From positions 1-63,916 of the forward strand of contig CAXMQY010000021.1 of NCBI GenBank assembly GCA_964195735.1: a DNA stretch of 63,916 nucleotides, in the 5' to 3' direction. Shown one piece after another: positions 1-9,778 of the stretch. Source of the stretch: an uncultured Haliangium sp. Lineage in GTDB: Bacteria > Pseudomonadota > Gammaproteobacteria > GCA-001735895. The translations under genes and the position numbers were made by a program. Every line of letters starts with the position of its first letter. Position 1 is the stretch's first letter. Under the pieces are notes generated by a model that ran no database searches, was not told where the DNA came from, and saw only the letters and a list, made by a program, of their open reading frames with translations.

Positions 1-1
1 T

Positions 2-172
2 GCCAGAGTGCAGGAGGATATCGACAACGGAGCTGCTATTGGGGTATCCGGCACACCTGCAGCATTTCTGCTGAGTACTAGCGGTGAGAGCAGGGTGGTT
101 GTCGGCGCACAACCGTTGGCTGAGTTGCAACGGGTGGTTGACGAACTGATAAATAACGGCTCAAATCAATGA
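2..172 (+). CDS. 3' end of a DsbA-family thioredoxin-fold protein (5' end outside the window)
   Basis: The frame is open from base 2 to the TGA at 170-172. The peptide ...AAIGVSGTPAAFLLSTSGES...LINNG resembles the G-T-P-x-F cis-Pro loop region near the C-terminus of DsbA-like proteins. Confidence 0.45.
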   Translation, partial: ARVQEDIDNGAAIGVSGTPAAFLLSTSGESRVVVGAQPLAELQRVVDELINNGSNQ

Positions 173-510
173 GGCTGGAGAAACAGGAAATTAGTTTCAT
201 GAACTACCAGTTCCATCACTCGATTGTACGTCGTCAAACCAGGTTGGACAGGCTGTGCTCTGATTTAAGAGACACTTCAATTCATCGGGTTGTGTAAATA
301 GTTTGGTTATCGTAATGCATTTTTCTGCGCATCGCCGAGGCGTTTTGCATTTCCTTTTCCTCTGATCAGGCACGCTTGCGCGGGTTGGCACGGACACATC
401 AATTCTGACACGCCGTGAGCGCGCGTAACCAGGGAGACCGACCTATCTCGATTAAGTTGTACCTGAAAGGCAGGGTGAGATTATCGTCGCTGAAATCGCC
501 CGATACTCAG

Positions 511-634
511 GTGATCTGCGCCGGGTTGCTCGGGGTCAATATTCTCCAAAGGAGACACTGAAAACTGCATCCTGGGCTTCCGAGAACGGGCGTGAAACGG
601 ACGCCGGATAACTACGGCGAGCAGCCGTTAACGA
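511..634 (-). repeat. Copy E of the cassette-boundary repeat family (attC-like or MITE-like imperfect palindrome)
   Basis: The reverse complement reads TCGTTAACGGCTGCTCGCC...GGCGTCCGTTTCACGCCCGTTCTCGG...CAGTGTCTCCTTTGGAGA...CCGAGCAACCCGGCG. Sixteen nt (619-634) are an exact reverse-complement match to 9532-9547 of copy C. The core is colinear with copies A-D. Confidence 0.7.
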
Positions 635-695
635 ACCAATGCGAACCGAGCAGACCGGATGCTGACTATTACAAATAATTACCTATCGATACCAC

Positions 696-1019
696 TCAGG
701 AAGACTCAATTAGCTCGACACCTGATGTCAGCAAGAACGCTATTCTACGAGCAAGTTCAATTTTATTAAACTCGTCTTCGATAACACCAACACTAGTAGT
801 ACGATTAATGGTCTGGGTTGATTTGCCGTAAGCTCGGTCTAGTATTTCTTTGCAGGCAGATACTCTGGTTTGTTCGCTATCTGCGTTATTGGCTAATCTT
901 GCTAATTCAGCCAAAGCCATAGGGCCATGCTGACCTGCTAACTCTCGAATTGTAGCGGTAGATTTATTGGGAGTACCCGCTACCCGTCCGCCTATTTTTG
1001 CCCCACCTTTCCTTGCCAT
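696..1019 (-). CDS. Small phage-like hypothetical protein (basic N-terminus GGRxxGxPNK)
   Basis: 107-aa ORF. The N-terminus MARKGGAKIGGRVAGTPNKST...ILDRAYGK follows a pattern I associate with small phage or prophage proteins. The family is not identified. Confidence 0.4.
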   Translation of the reverse strand: MARKGGAKIGGRVAGTPNKSTATIRELAGQHGPMALAELARLANNADSEQTRVSACKEILDRAYGKSTQTINRTTSVGVIEDEFNKIELARRIAFLLTSGVELIESS

Positions 1020-1276
1020 GATTACATCTATTTTTGTCTACTTTAGACTGACCGCACATCCGAATATTGCCTCGTTGCAACTGTAACATTATTCTCGTTG
1101 TGTTCTCAAATGGCAGACGCTCGATTTTGAGGGCCAGGAGTCCGAGATGTGCCCACAACGGACACCCGTAGCATTAAGGTGGGAGTCAATCTTCGGCCAA
1201 CAGCGGTCATTCGCGGGGCGGTGCATGAATGACTCTGAAGTGCCCTGGGGAGGCATCTGGAGGCAAATGCAATCGT

Positions 1277-3277
1277 CTAAGCAGGCAGGCCGGCCTTGCG
1301 TAATCCTTCGAGAAATCTTGCCTGATCGTTTGGGTCTTCGAAAATTATCAGCCGCGACCAATAAGCGCGCCAGCGCTCTAAATCGTTCTCATTGGGCACG
1401 CTTGGGTCGCCAGGCGCGAGCTTCCACACTTCTGCCGCAGCCGTCCGGGCCTGCTCGTCACGGCCGAGCTGGGCATAGCAGGCGGCGATCCAGGCTGGAC
1501 GGTGGAGACCCCAGCCACTCATCTTGCCAAAGGCCGTCAGCGCATCCTGGTATTGTCCGGCGATATATTTGGCCATGCCGACGGCGAACAGGCAGCCCTC
1601 TGGCACCAGCGGATTCAGGCGCATGGCCTCGATCGAGCAAGCGACGCTTTCGGACGTACTGTAGCCGACGAGAAACCACGATTTCGCACAGATGTTGTGA
1701 TAGTCATTCGGATTCAGCTCGAGCGCTTTTTCGATATGAACCAAAGCCAGTTCAGTTTGGCCACGATAGTAACAGGCTGACGCGATGGCATAGCGAGCCG
1801 GGCTGTCTGCGTCGTCGAGAGCAACGGCTTTCTGAGCGAGACTATAGGCGCGCTCGAGTGCCTCCTCGGGCACTTCCGACCAACTCGACTCATATTCGTG
1901 CATGTAGCTGATGGACAGCCCTGCATAGGCCGCGGCGTAATTGGGGCTGAGCTCCAGCGCTCGCTCGAAGTGGCGACGTGCTTCGAGTTCGCCATCGTTA
2001 GTGTAGCGGTTCGAACACTGGCGGCCCCGAAGCAGACAGTGGTAGGCCACCCTGTGTTCGACGGGTTTCGTTGCCACACGACGTAACTCCAAATGTTCGA
2101 TCTGACCCGCCAGTGTGGCGACGATGACATTGGTAATCTCGTCCTGGACGGCAAGAACATCGTCGAGATCGAGGTCGTAGTTCTGCGTCCAAAGGCGTTG
2201 ACCGGTCGCCGCGTCGACGAGCTGCGCGGTCACCCGCACGCGTTCACCGGCCCTGCGGACGCTACCCTCAACGACATGGGCAACACCGAGGGAGCGACCT
2301 ATTTCGCGAATATCGGCGGCTTGCTCGCGCGCAATCAGGATCGACTTCACGCCGATCACGAAAATCTCCTGGAACCGCGAGAGGCCGCTGATGACGTTCT
2401 CAGTCAAGCCGTCGGCGAAATAAGATTGATCGAGATCACCGCTCTTATTCTCAAACGGCAGAACGGCGACAGAGGGACCGTCCGGCAGTGGCGGATTCTT
2501 GAATGTATGCTCCAGCAACGAATCAAACTTGTCGTCTGCTGCGGCAACGCGTTGCTGGCGAATTTCGCGATAGAGTGCGATGGTCTCAGGTTCGGGCTCC
2601 ACGCCCAGTTCTCGCTTGAGGATGTCGCGGCAGGTCTCGAATTGCTTCAGCGCCAGGGTTTGGCGTCCCTGCGCGGCATAGGCACGCATCATGATGCGAT
2701 GCGCCGACTCACGCAGCGGATCAAGTGTTAACAGTCTGGCTGCCGTCTCGACGCAACGCTCGGTGTCTCCAACCTCGTCACAATGGGCGATTAATTTGGT
2801 GAACATGTCCGATGCCAGGTGTCGCAGGCGTTCGCGCTCGGCCCGGGCCCAGGCCTCGAACGGGTCCTCCTTGAGGCTGAAACCGTCGAGCAAATCACCC
2901 TTGTAGAGTTCAGCAGCGCGTTTCAGGGCTTCAGGGGTAGCCTCTGCGACGAGTTTCTCAAACATGGCAACATCGAGCTCGATGCCTGGTCCAGCGAGTG
3001 AGATTTGGTCACTGTCAGTGGCTAGATACGCATCCCCACCACTATTCAGGGCCTTCCTGAGTGATGACAGCGATTGTCGCAGATTGGCGCGCGCCTGTTC
3101 TTCGGTGCTGTTGCTCCAGAACAGTTCGGCGAGTTTCTCACGTGACTGGCCGCCGTCACCTCGTAGCGCGAGATAAGCGCCCAGCGCCCGGGTCTTCCTG
3201 GTCATTAAGGTTCGGGCTGTTATACCGTCGCCCGCTATCTTGAGACCATCGAAAAGCGCGATATGCAGTCTTGTCAT
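1277..3277 (-). CDS. SARP/BTAD-family transcriptional regulator fused to TolB-like and TPR modules
   Basis: 666 aa. It has an N-terminal winged-helix plus BTAD region (...LFWSNSTEEQARANLRQSLSSLRKAL...LDPLRESAHRIMMRAYAAQGRQTLALKQFETCRDILKRELGVEP), then PSVAVLPFENKSGD...YFADGLTE (TolB-like N-terminal module), then TPR-like repeats. Confidence 0.8.
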   Translation of the reverse strand: MTRLHIALFDGLKIAGDGITARTLMTRKTRALGAYLALRGDGGQSREKLAELFWSNSTEEQARANLRQSLSSLRKALNSGGDAYLATDSDQISLAGPGIELDVAMFEKLVAEATPEALKRAAELYKGDLLDGFSLKEDPFEAWARAERERLRHLASDMFTKLIAHCDEVGDTERCVETAARLLTLDPLRESAHRIMMRAYAAQGRQTLALKQFETCRDILKRELGVEPEPETIALYREIRQQRVAAADDKFDSLLEHTFKNPPLPDGPSVAVLPFENKSGDLDQSYFADGLTENVISGLSRFQEIFVIGVKSILIAREQAADIREIGRSLGVAHVVEGSVRRAGERVRVTAQLVDAATGQRLWTQNYDLDLDDVLAVQDEITNVIVATLAGQIEHLELRRVATKPVEHRVAYHCLLRGRQCSNRYTNDGELEARRHFERALELSPNYAAAYAGLSISYMHEYESSWSEVPEEALERAYSLAQKAVALDDADSPARYAIASACYYRGQTELALVHIEKALELNPNDYHNICAKSWFLVGYSTSESVACSIEAMRLNPLVPEGCLFAVGMAKYIAGQYQDALTAFGKMSGWGLHRPAWIAACYAQLGRDEQARTAAAEVWKLAPGDPSVPNENDLERWRAYWSRLIIFEDPNDQARFLEGLRKAGLPA

Positions 3278-3471
3278 TCGCTACCCCTAATATTTCTCTC
3301 GTAGTATTGCACGCGAACACCGGATTTTTAGAAATTAACGAACCAAAATTCCATATCGGGCCCGATTTCACGGATTTTTCACGCCCATAAATACGCGGTG
3401 GTAACGCAGCACCGGTATTCTGGTGTTCAGATCAATCTTTTAAATTACAGATTAAATCAATGGAGGTTCAC

Positions 3472-4104
3472 ATGGCCCATGTCGATTGGCAAATCAAGGG
3501 TACCAAGATCAGCGCCTGCAATTGCAACTATGGTTGCCCATGCCAGTTCTACGCACCGCCAACTTACGACAAGTGCGAAGGGCTGGATGTACTCGATATT
3601 GAAGAAGGCTATTTTGGCGACATTGACCTCGGGGGTATACGCGTCCTTATGATCACAGGCTGGCCGGGTGCGATCCACGAGGGCGACGGTGTCGGCCAGG
3701 TGATCGTCGATCAAAATACAAGCGAGGACCAACGTGAGGCGATCTATAAGATCGTCTCGGGCGAGGAACAGGAACCAACCACGGCGTTCAGCATCTACGC
3801 CTCGACCATGCACGAGGATTATGCGTCACTGGTCAAACCGATCGAAATGCGTTACGACCTCGAGGCGCGTACTGCCGGGTGCTTTGTCGCTGGAATTATC
3901 GAGGTTGAAGTTGAGCCAATCCGCAACACAGCTACCGGCGAACCGCACCACGCACGCGTCGTATTACCCGGTGGTTTTGAGTTTAACGAGGCTGAGCTAG
4001 CTAGCTCCACATTTACCGGGTTAGGCGATTGGCAGTTCGACTACAAAGATCGTACCGCCATATTTTCGCAGTTCGCTTACGGTCCACAGGGAATCCTGAA
4101 CTGA
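3472..4104 (+). CDS. DUF1326 family protein
   Basis: The Cys-rich N-terminus (ISACNCNYGCPCQF) is typical of DUF1326, and a DUF2182 gene lies in the same operon. The ATG at 3472 follows a GGAGG at good spacing; the ORF track begins at 3460. Confidence 0.7.
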   Translation: MAHVDWQIKGTKISACNCNYGCPCQFYAPPTYDKCEGLDVLDIEEGYFGDIDLGGIRVLMITGWPGAIHEGDGVGQVIVDQNTSEDQREAIYKIVSGEEQEPTTAFSIYASTMHEDYASLVKPIEMRYDLEARTAGCFVAGIIEVEVEPIRNTATGEPHHARVVLPGGFEFNEAELASSTFTGLGDWQFDYKDRTAIFSQFAYGPQGILN

Positions 4105-4123
4105 CTTTACTGCAAAGGATCAA

Positions 4124-4849
4124 GTGAAAAACGAAGTTCAGAGAGTTGCCCTGGTCACGGGCTCCAACAGAGGCCTGGGTCTGGAAACCTGCCGCCAGCT
4201 CGGCCGTCTCGGCTACAAGGTGATCTTGACAGCGCGGGTCGAGGCCGCCGGCGAAGCTGCGGCTGCAGAGCTGCGAGAAGAAGGTATGGATGCCCAGTAT
4301 CACCACCTGGACGTAACCGACCACGACGAGATTGGGTGTCTCGTTGAATCCCTGAAAGAGGCCCCCGGACGCATAGATGTCCTCGTTGCCAACGCAGGCA
4401 TCTTTCCCGAGGGTGTCAACTATCCGGATATCACTTCCGCCCTGGACGTCGATATGGCAACTGTACGGCTAACACTGGAAACCAACACCCTGGGTCACAT
4501 GGCCCTCTACCAGGCCGTGATTCCTGTGATGCAGGCTCAAGGTTACGGGCGAATTGCCATTCTCTCCAGCGTGGGTGGCCGATTATCGGATATGGGTGCC
4601 GGCATGCCGGGATATCGCATGTCCCATGTGGCGAACAACGCGTTGGCCAGAATTTTCGCGGCGGAGACAGAAGGTGACAACATCAAGATCAACACGGTCT
4701 GCCCGTTCTGGGTAAAGACCCGCATGGGTGGACCTGAGGCGTTACGCGAGGTTGAGGAAGGTGCCGAGACCATCACCTGGCTGGCCACCCTGCCCGACGA
4801 TGGCCCTACGGGCGGCTTCTTCCGCGATAAACAGCAGATGGAGTGGTAA
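4124..4849 (+). CDS. SDR family oxidoreductase (carbonyl-reductase-like)
   Basis: Rossmann motif VALVTGSNRGLGLE; 241 aa; GTG start preceded by AAGGA. Confidence 0.85.
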   Translation: MKNEVQRVALVTGSNRGLGLETCRQLGRLGYKVILTARVEAAGEAAAAELREEGMDAQYHHLDVTDHDEIGCLVESLKEAPGRIDVLVANAGIFPEGVNYPDITSALDVDMATVRLTLETNTLGHMALYQAVIPVMQAQGYGRIAILSSVGGRLSDMGAGMPGYRMSHVANNALARIFAAETEGDNIKINTVCPFWVKTRMGGPEALREVEEGAETITWLATLPDDGPTGGFFRDKQQMEW

Positions 4850-4890
4850 CGCCACAAAACAAATAGAAGCCGAAACACACCAATCGAGTC

Positions 4891-5670
4891 ATGAATAGCG
4901 CAAATACCCTGGAATTGTTCCTCAAACGCGACCGCGGGTTCGTGCTGGCCGCCCTGGCTGGCACAACGGCACTCGCCTGGACATATCTGGTCTCCATAGC
5001 GGCCGACATGGACGCTACTTTGATAAGCGCGATGACCAAAGCACAAGTTGCGCCGTGGAGCGTCCACGACTTCTGGCTGATGTTCATCATGTGGGTGGTA
5101 ATGATGGTGGGAATGATGCTGCCAAGCGCCGCGCCCATGATCCTGCTCTACGCAGCGGTCCGCCGCCGGCAACGAAGGCGCGGCCATGTCTTCGCACCGA
5201 CGGGAGTCTTTGTTGTTGGCTATCTGGTTGCGTGGACGGCTTTCAGCCTTGTCGCTACCACTATGCAGTGGTTGCTCGAACAGGCATCGCTGTTAACGCC
5301 GATGATGATTATCGCGAGCCCTTACCTCGGCGGAGCGCTGCTCATCGCCGCCGGTATCTACCAATGGACGCCGCTAAAACATGCCTGTCTGCAAAACTGT
5401 CGGGCGCCGGCTGAGTTCTTGTCTCGATCGTGGCGAAACGGGACGGGTGGCGCTGTCGCAATGGGTGTCCACCACGGCGCTTACTGCATTGGTTGTTGCT
5501 GGGTGCTCATGGGATTGTTATTTGTCGCTGGTGTGATGAACCTGTTGTGGGTCGCATCCATTACTGCCCTGGTGTTGATTGAAAAGATCGCATCCGGCGG
5601 CCATCTGTTCGCACGATTTGCTGGCGCGATGTTCGTCGCAGCCGGCGTTTACATGATGTTTCACACTTAA
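4891..5670 (+). CDS. DUF2182 family integral membrane protein (predicted metal-binding)
   Basis: Multi-pass hydrophobic 259-aa protein with MMxxMM-rich helices. It shows the usual genomic pairing with DUF1326. Confidence 0.65.
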   Translation: MNSANTLELFLKRDRGFVLAALAGTTALAWTYLVSIAADMDATLISAMTKAQVAPWSVHDFWLMFIMWVVMMVGMMLPSAAPMILLYAAVRRRQRRRGHVFAPTGVFVVGYLVAWTAFSLVATTMQWLLEQASLLTPMMIIASPYLGGALLIAAGIYQWTPLKHACLQNCRAPAEFLSRSWRNGTGGAVAMGVHHGAYCIGCCWVLMGLLFVAGVMNLLWVASITALVLIEKIASGGHLFARFAGAMFVAAGVYMMFHT

Positions 5671-5685
5671 ATCCACACCGAAAAG

Positions 5686-5870
5686 TCGTTCGGCTGGCAA
5701 TTTGCTCGACAAATTGCGAACGTCCGTTCAATGCCTTTCTCTGCCGTAGAAATTATTTCATCCAGAGTCCGGTGTGTGCCGTTCTCCGCCTCCCACCACG
5801 TTTTACTGAGCGTCTCCATTGGAGCAAGTCGAACTAAATAAAGTCAAATCAAAAACAGCAAACAAATGCG
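5686..5870 (+). repeat. Copy A (long form) of the cassette-boundary repeat family
   Basis: The 5' arm TCGTTCGGCTGG starts 16 nt after the DUF2182 stop. The core is GAGTCCGGTGTGTGCCGTTCTCCGCCTCCCAC (5765-5796), and GCGTCTCCATTGGAG lies 45 nt downstream of the first heptamer. Confidence 0.7.
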
Positions 5871-5915
5871 ATCTGCAGTACCGTGTCTTTATCATCCAAT
5901 GCTGGAGAATCCGAT

Positions 5916-6920
5916 ATGGAATGGTTTTCGATAGGCGAGCAGGTATGGTTGGATCAAGTTACTGAGGAAATCATTGAACCAGACCTGCCAATTATCGATC
6001 CACATCACCATTTGTGGAACTATTCCGACGTTGATTATTTGGCGGAAAGGTTCTATCTCGATACAAATTCCGGTCACCGAATCGAGAAAACCGTGTATAT
6101 CCAGTGTGGATCGGAATATCGTGAAGATGGCCCCGAATACCTGAAACCATTAGGTGAAACCGAATTCGTTGTTAGACAAGCCAAGCAAATCGAAGAGCTT
6201 GGAGGTGCAGTCATTGCTGGCATTGTAGGCGATGCAGATTTGCAACTAGGCGGTAAATTAGAAGATGTGTTGGACAAGCATCTAGAGTTAAGTGAAGGGA
6301 GGTTTAGAGGTATTCGTCATGTCGGAGCAAGAGCGAAATTTCCAGAAGCCTTGCATATCCCTGGCGATGCGCTTGAAGGCTTGTACGAAGATACAAAATT
6401 CAGAAATGGCCTAAGAATGCTCGGCCACAAGGGACTAACCTTCGACGCGTGGCACTATCACTACCAGAACCAGGCATTCACGGATATGGCAAGATCAGTG
6501 CCTGAGACCATCTTGATTTTAGATCACTTTGGGACACCCATAGGAGTCGGCCCATACGCGAATCAGAAAAAAGAAATTGTATCGCAACTGAAAAAAGACC
6601 TCAGAGAAATGGCGAAATGTGAAAATGTGGTAGTGAAATTAGGTGGTCTCGCGATGCCAGATAATGGATTCGGATGGGAGAAAAACTCTAGGCCACCAAC
6701 TTCAGATGAATTTGCTGCGGCTCAAAAGGAGTACTATCTCCATGCAATTGAATGTTTTGGGCCAGAACGTTGCATGATGGAAAGCAACTTTCCGGTCGAC
6801 CGGAATTCAATTTCATATGCTGTCTTGTTTAACGGGTTGAAGAAAATTGTCGCTGATTTTTCGGATGCTGAAAAAAGGCAATTATTCCATGATACAGCCG
6901 CCAGGGTATATCGACTTTAA
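5916..6920 (+). CDS. Amidohydrolase-2 family metal-dependent hydrolase
   Basis: The PIIDPHHHLW motif sits near the N-terminus. The ATG at 5916 has a GGAG about 9 nt upstream (ORF track start 5883). The gene is visibly AT-richer than the core genes. Confidence 0.75.
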   Translation: MEWFSIGEQVWLDQVTEEIIEPDLPIIDPHHHLWNYSDVDYLAERFYLDTNSGHRIEKTVYIQCGSEYREDGPEYLKPLGETEFVVRQAKQIEELGGAVIAGIVGDADLQLGGKLEDVLDKHLELSEGRFRGIRHVGARAKFPEALHIPGDALEGLYEDTKFRNGLRMLGHKGLTFDAWHYHYQNQAFTDMARSVPETILILDHFGTPIGVGPYANQKKEIVSQLKKDLREMAKCENVVVKLGGLAMPDNGFGWEKNSRPPTSDEFAAAQKEYYLHAIECFGPERCMMESNFPVDRNSISYAVLFNGLKKIVADFSDAEKRQLFHDTAARVYRL

Positions 6921-7089
6921 TCCCAGCTATTTTTTAAGTGGTGGCATAACTCAATAGTGCGATGAACAAAAGTACTTAGCCTGGATCGAGTGTCCGATAC
7001 GTGCCGTTCTCAGCCTCCCACGATGCGATTTCCAGTGTCTCCTACGGAGAAAACAGACGCTCAGATTCTGTTTGCCAGCGGCGGGAAAG
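6913..7089 (+). repeat. Copy B (long form) of the cassette-boundary repeat family
   Basis: The 5' arm CTTTAATCCCAGC overlaps the amidohydrolase stop codon. The core is GAGTGTCCGATACGTGCCGTTCTCAGCCTCCCAC (6988-7021), with GTGTCTCCTACGGAGA 45 nt on. The 3' arm CCAGCGGCGGGAAAG (7075-7089) is partly complementary to the 5' arm. Confidence 0.7.
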
Positions 7090-7119
7090 TGCTGCGGATT
7101 CAACCGATCGATGCAACGC

Positions 7120-7998
7120 CTACAACGCGGGGAGATTCATGGTTTTTCCGGCCAGTTCGGTGCGTAATTTATTGAGCGATTCAAGATTGGCGATAGTTTC
7201 TTTCGGGTGCTCAGTGGCCAGGCCGACCAGGAGCCCTTCAATAAGCGCCAGGGTGGCGGTATGCATGCTTAGCATATCTGCACGCCCACGCGCAACGGGA
7301 AGGACCAGGTCAACGCGGTTGCGCAATTTTGGGCCCAGCGTATCGGAAAAAAGCATTTTGGTCATGCTGCACCGGTCTGCCTGATTCAACAGCACCGTCA
7401 ACTCCCGGTACACCCGTCCATAAGCAAAGATTACCAGCAGATCACCCTCTCTAAACTTTTGCACGCCATCAGCTAGTAGTAGTCCGGTTTGCGTCAGGCT
7501 TAGCGCATCGATGCCAAAACGGCCCAGCTGGATCGAGAAATATTCCGCCATTGCGCTCGACGGCCCGATACCGAAGATAAACACCCGCCGCGCATCGACA
7601 ATCGACCGAACCGCGCTGCGGAAGTGACTCGGCGTAATGCTACGGCGAAGGTCTTCTAGTGACTTCTGATGAATATCTAAAGTCACGTGGAGGGCAGACA
7701 CCGGGTCATCGCTCACTTCACTGAGCGTTCGAGCCAGTCGACTGGCAGGTGAAATATTCTCTCTAAGCTCAATCGCAAGTGTGCGCCGCAACTCATCCAT
7801 ACCGGTAAAGCCGAGAGATTTTGCGGTACGCACCACGGTCGCATCACTCGTGCCAGTCTGTTTCGCGAGTGCGGCGGCAGAGGCTATAAGAACCTCTTCA
7901 CAGTTCTCCTGAAAATATCGGGCCACACGCTGTTCGGCCGGACTTATCTGGCCCAGGTAAGTATTCAACCGATCTTCGAAGGTAGAAAATACTTCCAT
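7120..7998 (-). CDS. MurR/RpiR family transcriptional regulator (HTH_6 + SIS domain)
   Basis: The N-terminus ...ISPAEQRVARYFQEN...SDATVVRTAKSLGFTG is HTH-like, and the C-terminal half is SIS-like. Confidence 0.85.
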   Translation of the reverse strand: MEVFSTFEDRLNTYLGQISPAEQRVARYFQENCEEVLIASAAALAKQTGTSDATVVRTAKSLGFTGMDELRRTLAIELRENISPASRLARTLSEVSDDPVSALHVTLDIHQKSLEDLRRSITPSHFRSAVRSIVDARRVFIFGIGPSSAMAEYFSIQLGRFGIDALSLTQTGLLLADGVQKFREGDLLVIFAYGRVYRELTVLLNQADRCSMTKMLFSDTLGPKLRNRVDLVLPVARGRADMLSMHTATLALIEGLLVGLATEHPKETIANLESLNKLRTELAGKTMNLPAL

Positions 7999-8110
7999 CG
8001 CACAAACCTCTATTGACTCTCGATGTTGCGTATACTACATCAAATTTGTATTATGTAGCAATTACTACATATGTTTTGCAGCATTCACTGAAACACAGAG
8101 TAAGTGAAAA

Positions 8111-9313
8111 ATGTTCTTTACCAAAAGCGAAGTGAAAATACCGACCGGCATTTGGGCGCTTGGGTTTGTCAGTCTACTCATGGATGCATCATCAGAACTG
8201 GTACACAGTCTCTTGCCGGCGCTGTTTGTATCGCTTGGCGTAGGCATGGCGACTGTCGGTTTTATCGAAGGCGTGGCCGAGGCAACCGCTTCCATTACCA
8301 AGTTATTTTCAGGCGCATTGAGCGACTGGCTCGGTAAACGCAAGATGCTTGCAGTCGTTGGGTATGGCCTGGCAACGATCACCAAACCGCTGTTTCCTCT
8401 GGCACAATCGGCAGAAGTACTGTTTATGGCCCGCTTTATCGACAGGATCGGCAAGGGCATCAGGGGGGCACCACGCGATGCGCTGATTGCGGACATTACA
8501 CCACCCGAAATTCGGGGCGAAGCGTATGGCTTGCGCCAGTCGCTCGATGCAGCAGGTGCATTCATTGGTCCGTTGCTGGCGATCGCCTTGATGGCTTTGC
8601 TGTCAGACAATATAAGCCTGGTGCTATGGTTTGCCCTGATCCCCGCCGTGCTATGCATGGCGTTTCTTGTCTTCGGGGTCCATGAGCCTGACGCGATTCC
8701 AGCTGGCAAAGACAAGGACCACAAGCCTGGCTTCTCTTTGCGAATTACTGATTTAGCGCAAATGGGAAGGAGTTTCTGGTTTATTACAACCATCGGCGCA
8801 TTGTTCGCATTGGCACGTTTCAGCGTGGCCTTTCTCGCCCTGCGCGCGATGGATTTGGGTCTGCCGATCGGCCTGTCACCGTTCGTACTGGTGTTGATGA
8901 GCGTTGTCTTTTCGCTGTCCTCCTATCCAGTGGGACTGCTGGCCGACCGTATCGCGCGGCGTTACTTGCTGGCGCTTGGGTTCGCCACGCTGATCCTCGC
9001 CGAATTGCTATTAGCCAAGGCTACTAGTTATCCCCTCGCAATGGTCGGTGTGGCGATCTGGGGCGTTCATCTCGGACTAACTCAAGGGGTACTTTCAGCC
9101 CTGGTAGCTGACTGTGCGCCAGATCATTTGCGCGGTACGGCATTCGGCATTTTCAATCTTATTAATGGCATCGCGTTACTTTTTGCAAGCCTGGTCGCTG
9201 GGATATTGTGGCAAATGCTAGGCGCATCAACGACCTTCTACGTGGGTGCAGCTTTTGCCGGGATTGCGCTGCTCCTTTTGCTCAACTTTTTCCATTCACG
9301 GCATTGGACTTAA
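8111..9313 (+). CDS. MFS transporter
   Basis: 400 aa with about 12 hydrophobic segments and an MFS loop motif, LSDWLGKRKM. Confidence 0.85.
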   Translation: MFFTKSEVKIPTGIWALGFVSLLMDASSELVHSLLPALFVSLGVGMATVGFIEGVAEATASITKLFSGALSDWLGKRKMLAVVGYGLATITKPLFPLAQSAEVLFMARFIDRIGKGIRGAPRDALIADITPPEIRGEAYGLRQSLDAAGAFIGPLLAIALMALLSDNISLVLWFALIPAVLCMAFLVFGVHEPDAIPAGKDKDHKPGFSLRITDLAQMGRSFWFITTIGALFALARFSVAFLALRAMDLGLPIGLSPFVLVLMSVVFSLSSYPVGLLADRIARRYLLALGFATLILAELLLAKATSYPLAMVGVAIWGVHLGLTQGVLSALVADCAPDHLRGTAFGIFNLINGIALLFASLVAGILWQMLGASTTFYVGAAFAGIALLLLLNFFHSRHWT

Positions 9314-9533
9314 TGCCATGGTAATAAGGTGGCTTTAAATTAATTGGTATTGTGGAGAATTGAACTAAATAAACTGCCCCATAATTCATGCTCATGGTTC
9401 CATCGTCATCTTCCTCAACATTCCAGTGCCATCCCAGCGAAGGCGTGGATCTTGTTATAATGCGCTGTTGTAAGATTCCCGCTTGCCCAAAAATGGCGCT
9501 ATGGTTTCACGATATCAGGGTCAGAGTAGGCTC

Positions 9534-9662
9534 GTTAACGGCTGCTCATCATAATTATCTGGGTGTCCGTTGTGTGCCGAAGATTGCCGCCTGGGTTGCG
9601 CTCATAAGCGTCCGTTATGGGGAAAGCAAACGCATAGGTCTAATGAACCAGCGGCGTTAAAC
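9534..9662 (+). repeat. Copy C (short form) of the cassette-boundary repeat family; the best attC-like copy
   Basis: It runs from 5' GTTAACGGCTGCTCATCA to TGAACCAGCGGCGTTAAAC 3', and these ends are imperfect inverted repeats with bulges. The 3' end GTTAAAC fits GTTRRRY. The core is GTGTCCGTTGTGTGCCG (9563-9579), with GCGTCCG 45 nt on. Confidence 0.7.
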
Positions 9663-9778
9663 GACCCTGCCTCGACGTTCGATATTGTGATTATCCTTGT
9701 TGCCCAGACAGTGCCTGATCCGATCAGTAGCAGACAAGACAACTGATACCGAACATGCCTTTCAGTGCATGATGTTTC

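Noticed and set aside
173-510. Possible integrase or phage-gene remnants, or an att site, between the DsbA-like gene and repeat copy E.
   Set aside because: No frame longer than about 60 codons exists here and no recognisable peptide motif was found. The 66-aa ORF at 197-397(-) is Arg/Cys-rich and has no start context.
6990-7384. ORFs 6990-7175(+), 7001-7384(+) and 9388-9660(+) as small protein genes.
   Set aside because: They start or end inside repeat copies B and C and overlap the RpiR gene. They have no ribosome-binding site, and their only conserved segment is the repeat core itself, whose frame carries in-frame stops in B and D. They are most likely by-products of the repeat family. 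The 50-codon minus-strand frame in copy A (METLSKTWWEAENGTHRTLD...) is noted as a caveat but is not called.
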